A stretch of 64,000 nt of DNA, from NCBI GenBank assembly GCA_030390025.1, contig CM059438.1, forward strand, positions 61,816,001-61,880,000. Reading direction: 5' to 3'. Below the pieces are notes generated by a model. It did no database searches. It had not been told where the DNA came from and was given only the letters and a program-made list of their open reading frames with translations. Both the position numbers and the translations under genes were made by a program. Positions 13,918 to 24,666 of this stretch are shown here, in pieces. Within the stretch, counting starts at the first letter, position 1, and each line of letters starts with the position of its first letter. This DNA comes from Squalus acanthias. Lineage: Eukaryota.

Positions 13918-15071
13918 ATGGGGGCTGTCCTGGCACGGGGCCTCGCCCTCCAGTGTCACCGTCGGAGGTAGCGGAGGCGGAGAGAGAGAGTGGAAAACGT
14001 GGCCAGAGGGAGAAGGGCCAACAGGCCTCTGCACAGGAGACCTTACCCTCCCAGGAGCAATTCTCATATATCCATCTGTCCGAGGAGCAGTGCCTTAGAA
14101 GGCTCCGCTTCAGCAAGGAGGTGGTCACAGAGCTCTGCCACCTCCTGCAGCCAGAGCTCCAGCCTCAGCTCAGGACCAGGACATCTCTCTCAGTGGCAGT
14201 GAAGGTCACAGTCGCTCTCAATTTCTACACCAGCGGCTCCTTCCAGGCTTCAACGGGGGATATTGCAAACATTTCGCAGTTCGCCGTCCGTTGCTGCATC
14301 CGGGAGGTGACAGACGCTCTGTACAGAAGGAGAAGGGAGTACATCTCATTCCCCATGACCAGGGAGAAACAGGATGAACGCTCATGTGGCTTTGCAAGGA
14401 TAGCGGGCTTCCCCATGGTTCAGGGCGCCATTGACTGCACCCACGTGGCATTGTGGGCACCTCATCACAATGCAGAGGTGTTCCGCAACCGCAAAGGCTA
14501 CCACTCTCTGAACGTTCAGTTGGTGTGCGACCACAGACAGCTCATCCTCGCCATCAATGTCTGCTATCCTGGCAGCAGCCATGATGCATTCATCCTGTGA
14601 CAGGCTGGTGTCCCAGCACTGTTCCACCCACCACATGAAGCTCGTGGCTGGCTGCTTGGAGACAAGGGTTGTCCACTCGCCACCTGGCTGATGATACCCC
14701 TACGCAACCCCAACACTCCTGCTCAACACGCATACAATGACAGCCATAGCGCCACCAGGAACCTGATCGAACAGACTATCGGGGTGCTAAAGCAACGTCT
14801 CCGCTGCCTTGACCGCTCTGGAGGAGCCCTGCAGTACTCCCCTGATCGAGTCTCCCTTTTCATCGTTGTGAGCTGCATGCTGCACAACCTGGCCATTCTG
14901 AGGGCCCAGCCATTGCCACCAGGGATTGCAGGTCCACCTCAGGAGGAGGAAGAGGGACAGGAGGAGGAGGAGGAGAAGGAGGAGGAGCAGCAGCAATGTA
15001 GGAGGGAGCCACTCAATGTTGCTTCTGCAAGGGCCGTTCGTGATCACCTCATTACACAGCGCTTCCAATAA
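13918..15071 (+). pseudogene. Harbinger (HARBI1-like) DDE transposase, inactivated
   Basis: Motifs [82 protein letters not shown]. In-frame TGA at 14598-14600 is followed by same-frame sequence; the N-terminus is disrupted. Confidence 0.92.
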
Positions 15072-15377
15072 ATAAGATAGCACATGGCCTTTGCGCAGCA
15101 CAACCTCATCATTACAGCTCATAGCCCCTATCACCAGGCAAAGCTCAAATGAGAAACATCACAAAAGGTGCTATGTCGAATAAAAATGTATTATTGTGCA
15201 CAACTCTGTCTTATTAAACACAACCAATAATAAACAAACACAACAATTTATCAACAAACACAACTGGTTCTTAGCAAACTGAACTATTACCAAACTCAAC
15301 AATATATTTACAAACACATCAAATTATTTACACACTCTCCCCTATTTGCTAATAACGTATTATTTACTCACCCTTCC

Positions 15378-16295
15378 TCAATGATTTCCCTCCCCTTTGC
15401 AATTCCCCCTCCCAACCCTACTGCTCCTCCGTAATGTGGCCCCAGTGGCTACAGCAAGGCTGGCGGAAGGCTGCTGAATGTTGGATCCAGAGACTGCAGA
15501 TGGCCTTGCAGGATGCCCTCGACCAGCTCTGGGCCTGGAGGGCCCGGCTGCAGACTGCACCAACTCTGCATGGGCGGCAGCAGTCTGGGCTGGCTGTGTT
15601 ACAGGCTGCGGCAAATGCAATGGAGGAGTGGCAGTGCTGGGAGCAGGAATGCCGTCATCCTGAGAGAGGGCAGGACCTTCCTGCTCGACCGACACACTGC
15701 CACTCGCCCGGGGCAGAATCTCAGCATCCGGAGTAATCTGCTCGAGCACAGGTTGCTGGCCTGCTGCGGCACCATGAGATCCCCGGGGGACTGTGGGTGA
15801 CCCAGCGAGGATGGCAGCAGTCAGCGCTTGCGTGGCATCAATCTGAGACTGCATGAGAGCAGTCTGAGATTGGATGCCACCAACCACTGACTCCATTACA
15901 GCACTAAGCCGTTGCGTTGCTTCGGCCTGTGCTGCAATAGCTGCTGCCACCTCACCCATGACACGCGGCATGGGGTCTGGGTCCCCACGGTCTCTCTGCG
16001 AGACAACCATCCTTCGCAAACTGCCAAGGATGGGCTCGAGGGTTTGCGCAGAGATGAGTGCAATGCTGGAGGCAGACTCCTCCACGCTCCTTGCCATTGC
16101 AGCCATGCTCTCGGACACCCTTGCCATTGCACCCATGAGCTCGGTGTGCATGCTCATCGCCTCCCCATCGAGGTCCTCATCTGACTCCTGTGCAGCAGAA
16201 CTCGTGCGCACACTCATCCTCCGGGGAGATGGCCCCCGAGCTTCCCTTTCCCCATGGCGTTGCTGCAGCCCGCTGGGTCCTGGCGCTTTACCCAC
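15378..16295 (-). pseudogene. C-terminal part of Harbinger Myb/SANT partner ORF (element A)
   Basis: 305-aa ORF convergent with the transposase: a helical/coiled segment then a P/S/A-rich tail ending LRRSSR. The Myb domain itself is not present. Confidence 0.7.
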
Positions 16296-16314
16296 ATCAG
16301 ACCCATTTCCTCTG

Positions 16315-17147
16315 CTCCCCTCCTAGCTCTGCTGAGCTGCATGCAGATGCTGTGCCTCTGGGGCCGTCCAGAAAAAGAGTGGTTCGGGAAACACAGGAAC
16401 AAGTGCAGGAGTCTCTGGAAGGGTTTGCCTCCAGGGTAAGTGCGAGTGTGGATAGAATGGAGGAAGGTGTCCATCTGTAACATCAGCACTGCCATGGTGA
16501 AGGCAATGGTGCATGAATGCACCTCCATGGATAGGATGGCAACCTCCATGGATAGGATGGCTACCTCCGTGGAAAGGATGGCTACCTCCGTGGAAAGGCT
16601 GGCTACCGCCATGGGAGAAATAAGTCACCAGAGTCAGGAAAACATGGTGACTGTTCAAAATAGATTGTCATCTCTGGAGGAGAGATGGGCAGCTATTGAG
16701 CAGAGAGACCAGAGCTTCATGGACGTCCTTGTGATGAGGACTGCCAGTGCAGATACGGGTCCTCATGGCCCCCCTGAAGTGCAGCAAAGTGCTCTCCAGC
16801 CACTTGCCAGCACTGAGGTGCGGCTGACCCATGAGAGGGATGTTGCTGATAGGCCACAAGGAAGTGTGGGCTCCTCTCCAAGTGCTCACACGACCATGCC
16901 ACTGCGGAGCCCTCGCTCAGAGGCCCACTTTGCTGAGCCAACTGAGATGGCCGTTTCAGCCCCTGCCCAGCCGCAGAAAGAGCAGACTGTTGAAGAGCCC
17001 TCCCAGGCTCCCAAACCCAGAGGACGCCCGCCAAAAGCATGTAAGCAGACGCAGCATCCTAGTCAGCAAGGTGCCTCTACATCTGCTGAAGCCACAGGGG
17101 TAGCATCACGTAGAAGCACGTGTAAGAGAAAGATAAAGCACCTATAG
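16315..17147 (+). pseudogene. C-terminal part of a second, paralogous Harbinger partner ORF (frameshifted near 16470)
   Basis: SSAELHADAVPLG...DRMEE / SICNISTAM...QQGASTSAEATGVASRRSTCKRK parallels SSAAQESDEDLDG...SVEESASSI...QQPSASLAVATGATLRRSSR of the 15378-16295 ORF. Confidence 0.65.
16521..16610 (+). repeat. 21-bp coding tandem repeat (~4 copies, heptad TSMDRMA/TSVERMA)
   Basis: ACCTCCRTGGAWAGGATGGCW repeated. Confidence 0.9.
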
Positions 17148-17410
17148 TCACAAGGGGACTCACGTAGCTGTTTTGTCATTTTTTTTTGACTGTACTTGCT
17201 TTGTGATCCTTTTGTCATGTCATAAAGAAAAATGATGGCAAACAGTTGATTGTGTGGCCTATGTGTTCTGGGAAATGGCAAATGCACATTGAGGGCTCAG
17301 GGTGACTTGCATTTGTAATGCTGATGGTGAAAGTGATAGGAAATAACAGGGTATAGCAGAGATGATGTATGACATTGGACAAAAGTCGCCCACAATTAGA
17401 GAGCCATATG

Positions 17411-18760
17411 TTTTTTTTTATTTGTTTATGGGATCAGGACGTCGCTGGCAATGCCAGCATTTATTGCCCATCCCTAGTTGCCCTTGAGAAGGTGGTGGTG
17501 AGCCGCCTTCTTGAACCGCTGCAGTCCGTGTGGTGATGGTACTCCCACAGTGCTGTTAGGTAGGGAGTTCCAAGATTTTGACCCAGCGACGATGAAGGAT
17601 CGGCGATATACTTCCAAGTCAGGATGGTGTGTGACTTGGAGGGGAACTTGGAGGTGGTGGTGTTCCCATGCGCCTGCTGCCCTTGTCCTTTTAGGTGGAA
17701 GAGGTCACGGGTTTGGGAGGTGCTGCCGAAGAAGCCTTGGCGAGTTGCTGCAGTGCATCTTGTAGATGGTACACACTGCAGCCACGGTACGCCGGTGGTG
17801 GAGGGAGTGAATGTTTAACATAGAAACATAGAATCCAGGAGCAGGAGTAGGCCATTCGGCCCGTCGAGCCTGCTCCACCATTCAATACGATCATGGCTGA
17901 TCATCCAAGTCCAGTACCCTGTCCCTGCTTTAATCCCCACAGTACACATATCCCACCCTACCCCCGTAACCCCACGTATTTAATTCCCCCTAACATATCC
18001 CATCCTATCCCCATAACCCCACATATTTAATCCCCCCCTAACACTTAGGGTCAATTTATCATAGCCAAATCAACCTAACCCGCACATTTTTGGACTGTGG
18101 GAGGAAACCGGAGCACCCGGAGGAAACCCACGCAGACACGGGGAGAATGTGCAAACTCCACACAGACAGTCACCCGAGGTCAGATTCGAACCCGGGTCTC
18201 TGGCGCTGTGAGGCACCAGTGCTAACCACTATGCCACCAAGGTGGTGGATGGGGTGCCAATCAAGCGGGCTGCTTTGTCCTGGATGGTGTCGAGCTTCTT
18301 GAGTGTTGCTGGAGCTGCACTCATCCAGGCAAGTGGAGAGTATTCCATCACACTCCTGACTTGTGCCTTGTAGATGGTGGAAAGGCTTTGGGGAGTCAGG
18401 AGGTGAGACACTCGCCGCAGAATACCTAGCCTCTGACCTGCTCTTGTTGCCACAGTATTAATGTGGCTGGTCCAGTTAAGTTTCTGGGCAATGGTGACCC
18501 CCAGGATGTTGATGGTGTGGGATTCGGCGATGGTAATGCCGTTTAATGTCAAGGGGCGGTGGTTAGACGCTCGCTTGTTGGAGATAGTCATTACCTGGCA
18601 CTTCTGTGGCGCGAATGTTACCTGCCACTTATCAGCCCAAGCCTGAACGTCGTCCAGATCTTGTTGCATGCGGGCATGGACTGCTTCATTATCTGTGCAG
18701 TCATCGGCGAACATCCCCATTTCTGACCTTATGTTGGAGGGAAGGTCATTGAAGAAGCAA
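17411..18760 (-). mobile_element. Non-LTR retrotransposon 3' fragment (second CR1/L2-group family), interrupted by a V-SINE
   Basis: MFADDCT, WADKWQVTFAPQKC, IYKAQVRSVMEYSPLAW. 3' tail AATAAATGCTGGC..GCCAGCGACG followed by an A-rich end. Confidence 0.9.
17819..18238 (-). mobile_element. tRNA-derived V-SINE (HE1-like) with CR1-derived tail
   Basis: Head GGTGGCATAGTGGTTAGCAC...GGTTCGAATC, V-domain GTCTGCGTGGGTTTCCTCCGGGTGCTCCGGTTTCCTCCCAC, tail ending CTATGTTTCTATG. Confidence 0.9.
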
Positions 18761-19549
18761 CTTATGGTTGAAGAGTAAGCTTATGCGATTGTGGCATGGC
18801 AGTGTGCATGCCCTACCTGACGGGCAGCAGTGAACTGGAGGGATGCTGCATTGGCACGCAACAGGGCACGCAAGACGCGCCTCCTCCTCCTCCTCTTCTT
18901 CTTCTTCCTCTTCTTCCTCCTCGTCCTCCTCCTCTTCCGAGGACGATCTGCGCTGAGCCACACGGCTGCTGCTCCTCCGATTATGAGGACCAGGATGAGA
19001 GGACATGAATGTTTCCCATCCCCTTGCTATAGATTTCATTTGAGGCAACAAGCTTGCAAGCGCACATTCGAAGTGGGCTGAAATTATTCCATTCAGGTCA
19101 CACTGCAGATGTGTGTTAGCTTGAACAGTCACAAGGTCAGTAGCTGTGCAAAATCTTATCCCAAACCTCCAACAGCAAAGTTGTTGCATTTGAATGTCAG
19201 CCATGTTTCAGGGGGGCTTTTAAAGTGCTCCACCAATGAATACAAATCATGTCCTCCAGCAACTCGTCTCCTTGAACCCGGCCTGTTTCTGACAAGACGG
19301 GAAACAGGAGCCAGAGGCACGAAAATGGGAAAACCTCTATCAAAATAGGATTATCAAGGATGATAACTGCCTTACCTACCTGTCCCACTGGTTCCAGTCG
19401 GGTTAGTTTGGGAGCGGTTGACCCAACACTCACGAAAATCGCGCGGGGCCGGGATGGAGGCGGGTTGGCAGTCTGAAGCCATTTTTTCCCGATTTTCGCT
19501 ACCGACCCACCTCCAAACCCGCCTCCTCGGGGCTATTAAAATCGAGCCC
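18760..19549 (-). mobile_element. Harbinger terminus with degenerate Arg-rich transposase N-terminus (element B)
   Basis: Terminal sequence reads GGGCTCGATTTT on -, flanked by AAT. Poly-Arg RRRRRRVLRALLR segment resembles the Arg-rich leader of the 13918 transposase. Confidence 0.55.
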
Positions 19550-19554
19550 AATGT

Positions 19555-19830
19555 TTCCTGCGATTGAAAAATCTAGTACGAGGGCCCATAAATATAAGAT
19601 TAAATGTAAGACAGAGAGTAGGAGAAAGTTTTATTACACAGACGGTTGTGAGGCTGTGAAATGTAATACAGAGATCATGTCAATGTGATAGTTGGTTGAA
19701 GGATAGGGAGATAAAGGGATATGTGAACAGGGTAGGTACATGGGATTGGGACTATGGTCAAGTGAAGGATAAACACCAACACGGATTGGTTGGACCAAAT
19801 GGCCTGTTTCTGCTTTGTAATTACTCTGTA
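19555..19830 (+). mobile_element. Old CR1 3' fragment
   Basis: ACGAGGGCCCATAAATATAAGATT...ACACAGACGGTTGTGAGGCTGTG and tail GGACCAAATGGCCTGTTTCTG. Confidence 0.65.
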
Positions 19831-20439
19831 ATCCAGGAATTGTCATTGAAAGCCCCCGCCCCCACCCTCTTAAATCTTTATCCATGGTTCTAACTCTTGA
19901 GTTAAACTGCCATAAACTAATTTAACAGAGGCCCCCCCTTACAATCATCAGAGAGAACATTTCACGTCAGTGCTACGCAGTGACCCCTGCTGGAAAATCA
20001 CGTGTATGGTCACTGGCGGGTGGGATTGAGTTTGGCTGCGATAAGTCTGGATTGGAGACAAACCCCGGAAACAGGAGATGAAATACCAACGATCGAACAA
20101 ACTGCTCCTTTGTCATCGACACACGGCCAATATCGCAGAAGTGATTTGAGAAGTGCCATCCCGTGTGAAATAACCAACTCTGCTCTGCAGCAGCAGTTAC
20201 CAGTGAATCTATCTTAGAGCAGCAGAGATTGTACTAAATTAGCGAGCAAATGGTGCAGGTACCTAAATCAATGAAGACACTAGTGAATATTCCCGTTGGG
20301 ATGTACCTTCACAGCAATTTGTAGGAATGCCTCTTTGCTCCACTTTCCTTTTTTTCCATTCCTCCTGAAGGCAGTAACTAATAGGCCCCACGATGGGCCG
20401 AAATGGCCTCCTTCCGTGCTGTAACTTTCTATAATCCCA

Positions 20440-22665
20440 GTCTGGAATTCCACAGGTCGGGATAGAGTTTCAGAGGCTGGGCTGGAATTTCTCAGACCGA
20501 GATATGTTTCCAGAGACCGAGTTAGATTTCCACAGACCGGGACAGAGTTCAACAGACCGGGATAGAGTTCCACAGACCGGGATAGAGTTCCACAGACCGA
20601 GATAGAGTTCCACAGACCGGGATAGAGTTCCACAGACCAGGATAGAGTTCCCCACACTGGGATAGGGTACCACAGACCGGGATAGAGTTCAACAGACCGG
20701 GATAGAGTTCAACAGACCGGGATAGAGTTCAACAGACCGGGATAGCATTTCGCACACTAGGATTTTTTTTTATTCATTTATGGGATGTGGGCATCGCTAG
20801 CAAGGCCAGCATTTATTGCCCATCCCTAATTGCCCTTGAGTAGGTGGTGGTGAGCCACCTCCTTGAACCGCTGCAGTCCGTGTGGTGAAGGTACTCCCAC
20901 AGTGCTGTTAGGGAGGGAGTTCCAGGATTTTGACCCAGCGACGAAGGATCGGCGATATACTTCTAAGTCAGGATGGTGTGTGACTTGGAGGGGAACTTGG
21001 AGGTGGTGGTGTTCCCATGCACCTGCTGCCCTTGTCCTTCTAGGTGGAAGAGGTCGCAGGTTTGGGAGGTACTGCCGAAGAAGCCTTGGCGAGTTGCTGC
21101 AGTGCAGCTTGTAGATGGTACACACTGCAGCCACGGTGTGCCGGTGGTGGAGGGAGTGAATGTTTAAGGTGGTGGATGGGGTGCCAATCAAGCGGGCTGC
21201 TTTGTCCTGGATGGTGTCAAGCTTCTTGAGTGTTGTTGGAGCTGCACTCATCCAGGCAAGTGGAGAGTATTCCATCACACTCCTTACTTGTGCTTTGTAG
21301 ATGGTGGAAAGGCTTTGGGGAGTCAGGAGGTGAGACACGCGCCGCAGAATACCTAGCCTCTGACCTGCTCTTGTTGCCACAGTATTAATGTGGCTGGTCC
21401 AGTTAAGTTTCTGGTCAATGGTAACCCCCCAGGATGTTGATGGTGGGGGATTCGGCGATGGTAATACCGTTGAATGTCAAGAGGCGGTGGTTAGACGCTC
21501 GCTTGTTGGAGATAGTCATTGCCTGGCACTTCTGTGGCGCGAATGTTACCTGCCACTTATCAGCCCAAGCCTGAACGTCATCCAGGTTATGTTGCATGCG
21601 GGCATGGACTGCTTCATTATCTGAGGAGTTTTGAATGGCACTGAACACTGTGCAGTCATCGGCGACTATCCCCATTTCTGACCTTATTTTGGAGGGAAGG
21701 TCTTTGATGAAGCAGCTGAAGATGGTTGGGCCTAGGACACTGCCCTGAGGAACTCCTGCAGCGATGTCCTGGGGCTGTGATGATTAACCTTCAACCACCA
21801 CAACCATCTTCCTTCGTGCTAGGTATGACTCCAGCCAGTGGAGAGATTTCCCCCCTGATTCCCATTGACTTCAGTTTTACTAGGGCTCCTTGATGCCACA
21901 CTCGGTCAAATGCTGCCTTGATGTCAAGGGCAGTCACTCTCACCTCACCTCTGGAATTCAGCTCCTTTGTCCATGTTTGGACCAAGGCTGTAATGAGGTC
22001 GGGAGCCAAGTGGTCTTGGCAGAACCCAAACTGGGCATCAGTGAGCAGGTTTTTGGTGAGTAAGTGCCGCTTGATAGCACTGTCAATGACACCTTCCATT
22101 ACTTTGCTGATGATTGAGAGTAGACTGATGGGGCGGTAATTGGCCGGGTTGGATTTGTCCTGCTTTTGTGGACAGGACATACCTGGGCAGTTTTCCAGAT
22201 TGTCTTCAGCACGATAGCCGGGATGTTGTCGGGGCCCATAGCCTTTGCTGTATCCAGTGCGTTCAGCCGTTTCTTGATATCACGTGGGGTGAATCGAATT
22301 GGCTGAAGACTGGCTTCTGTGATGGTGGGGACCTCAGGAGGAGGCCGATATGGATCCTCCACTCGGCACTTCTGGCTAAAATGGTTGCAAACGCGTCAGC
22401 CTTGTCTTTTGCACTCATGTGCTGGGCTCCACCATCATTGAGGATGGGGATATTCATGGAGCCTCCTCCTCCCGTTAGTTGTTTAATGGTCCACCACCAG
22501 GATAACGTTCCGCCGACCGGGATAGAGTTCCACAGACCAGGAATAGTGTTCCATAGACCGGGATAACATTCCGCCAACCAGGATAGGGTTTCACACTCTG
22601 GGATAGGGTTCCACAGACAGGTATGGAGTTCCACAGACTTGGATAGGGTTCCGTAGACTGGGGTA
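20440..22665. repeat. 20-bp minisatellite GATAGAGTTCCACAGACCGG, split into 20440-20762 and ~22497-22665 by a LINE
   Basis: Unit directly visible on both sides of the insertion. Confidence 0.9.
20764..22497 (-). mobile_element. Non-LTR retrotransposon, 5'-truncated (same family as 17411), RT domain
   Basis: NYRPISLLSIISKVME, ALDIKAAFDRVWHQG, ADDCT, HHHLLKGN*. Poly-A-like tail at 20764-20771. Confidence 0.93.
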
Positions 22666-22699
22666 GAGAAACTGTATTAAAAAGTCTTTGAGACTGAAA

Positions 22700-23530
22700 G
22701 TAGAGCAGTCTCTAGGCCCTCGGGGAATGCAGCCCAGAGCAGTGAGAGAGGAGATAGGAGAGATGTTAACCATAATATTCCACAGTTCTTAGGAAAGGGA
22801 CAGTGAGTCAAAGAATTGGAGGCTGGCAAATAGTTGCACTCCTGTGTGAGAGGGGAGAAGGATAAGACAGGAATTGGTTTATAGACTGTTCAAATTTTAT
22901 TATAGATTATAATAAAACAGCTTCCATAGACTGGGCTTATAGTCGCTCAAGTATAGAAGATTAAGGGGTGAACTAATTGTGGTGTTAAAGATGATTAAAG
23001 GATTTGATAGGATAGCCAGAGAGAAACTATTCCCTCTGGTGGGGGAGTCCAGAACAACGGGGCATTAGCTTAAAATTAGAGCCAGGCTGTTCACGGGTGG
23101 TGTCAGGAAGCACTTCTTCACACAAAGGGTAGGGGAAATCTGGAACACTCTCCCTCAAAAGGCTGTTGAGACTTGGTCAATAGAAAATTCAAAACTGAGG
23201 TTGATAGATTTTTGCTAGGTAAGGGTATGAAGTGATATGGAGTAAAGGTGGGGAGATGGAGTTGAGGTACAGATCAGCCATGATCGAACTGAATGGCGGA
23301 ACAGGCCAGAGGGGCTGAGTGGCCTACTCTTGCTCCTATGAATTATAGGCCATTTAATCTTACCTATACTGTGGGTAAATATGTAGAGTCCTTCACATGG
23401 CATGAAATGAATGAAGGGTCAGAAAGCCAATGGGCTAATCAGAGACAGTCAGCATGGATTTCCTCGACTATCTGAAGTTTTTTGGGACATCACAAAGCTT
23501 ATGTGTAAAGGGGGTGCAGTGGATGTTGTA
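22700..23530 (+). mobile_element. Degenerate CR1 fragments
   Basis: AGATTAAGGGGTGAACTAATTG...TTCTTCACACAAAGGGTAG and CR1 tail at 23270-23340. An IRDSQHGF fragment lies at ~23440. Confidence 0.75.
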
Positions 23531-24271
23531 AGTGTGGGGGGTAATTATGTTCAGGCCACCATCCCAGTAATCACACCAAGTGGTGACCTCTGGCACTGGC
23601 CCCGCTGAAGTATGCGGAGAGGATGGGCGGTCACCTCATTGGAAGGGTCCCGGCTACAAGGGCCGCATCTCAGGCCCAGCAAAGGAAGCCAGGAATTCCG
23701 TCAGAGTGAGATACGTCCTGGGCCCCAGGAACAAGACCGAAACGTCCCATTGGCCCCCTTTTTAATGGGGCTGAAAAAGCTAGGCCCCAGGCTAGGTCCC
23801 CAGGACCATCGATCGGCAAGCTGGTATGCCTCTTCTAGGTACGCGAGCCGTTCCAGCTGCCAATCCTGTCCTGACCTACTCCGAGGCCAGGGATGCAGGA
23901 ACTTCCAATGTAGGGCCTTGCCCCCAGCCTCTCCCCTTCCTCGTCAATGGCCCCAACCTCATCAAAGGCCACTGTAAACGACTGGGGATGCAGCACATTC
24001 AGTTCCTGGCCTAGCTTGGGGGCTTTCGCTGGACTCCGACCAGAGTTACGGCAGGACTGCATCAGAAGGGCTGATCATTTTAGGTCTCACGGACTTTCAG
24101 AAGGCAGACGCCACGTAAAAGACATGCTATGGGAATTATCTCCGATCCTCGTGATTGCAGCCAGTGCAGACTGGCACCAGGCTGTACTGCCCATTAAACC
24201 AGGCCATGTCCTGGTTCACAGTGACCCCTAGTGGTCCATCCACGTACCGCCATCTGAATTCTGAGAACAAT

Positions 24272-24377
24272 GGCCGGGAATTTCCTCCGAGCTGATCCCA
24301 CTCTGCCGCCGATGGAAGTGAAACCCCAGCGGAGTTATGGTGGCGGAGTGGGCACAGATTCAAGGGAATTCCCAGCC
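24272..24377. mobile_element. 106-bp hairpin MITE (Harbinger-type)
   Basis: TIRs GGCCGGGAATT / AATTCCCAGCC, internal inverted arms CCCACTCTGCC / GGCGGAGTGGG, TSD AAT on both sides. Confidence 0.8.
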
Positions 24378-24666
24378 AATATTTTCACAGAACCAAACGG
24401 AAATGTTTAATGAAAGGAATGTCAATCCAGTGGCTGTGCAGAGTATGTGCGGCAGTGGGTATCGCCTTTACTTTCTCGTCTCTTGGTATGTCTGTAGTTC
24501 CTGTCAAGCGCTGCCTTTCTAAGACCTCAGCTGGTACAAACTCACTTGTCACCTGGTACAGGGACTGGCGTGTTAGAAAGAGCTGGGTTCTGTCGGGTCT
24601 TGAGGGGATTTATATCACCAGTGATATGGTTCGATATGTTGGAGCATTTAAAGTGATGAGGTGTAC

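Larger units (their letters stand above)
13434..16310 (+). mobile_element. PIF/Harbinger DNA transposon (element A): left TIR, transposase and convergent partner ORF; right end missing
   Basis: Starts GGGCTAGAAATT. Transposase on + and low-complexity partner ORF on - converge across an AT-rich spacer at 15070-15380. Confidence 0.88.
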
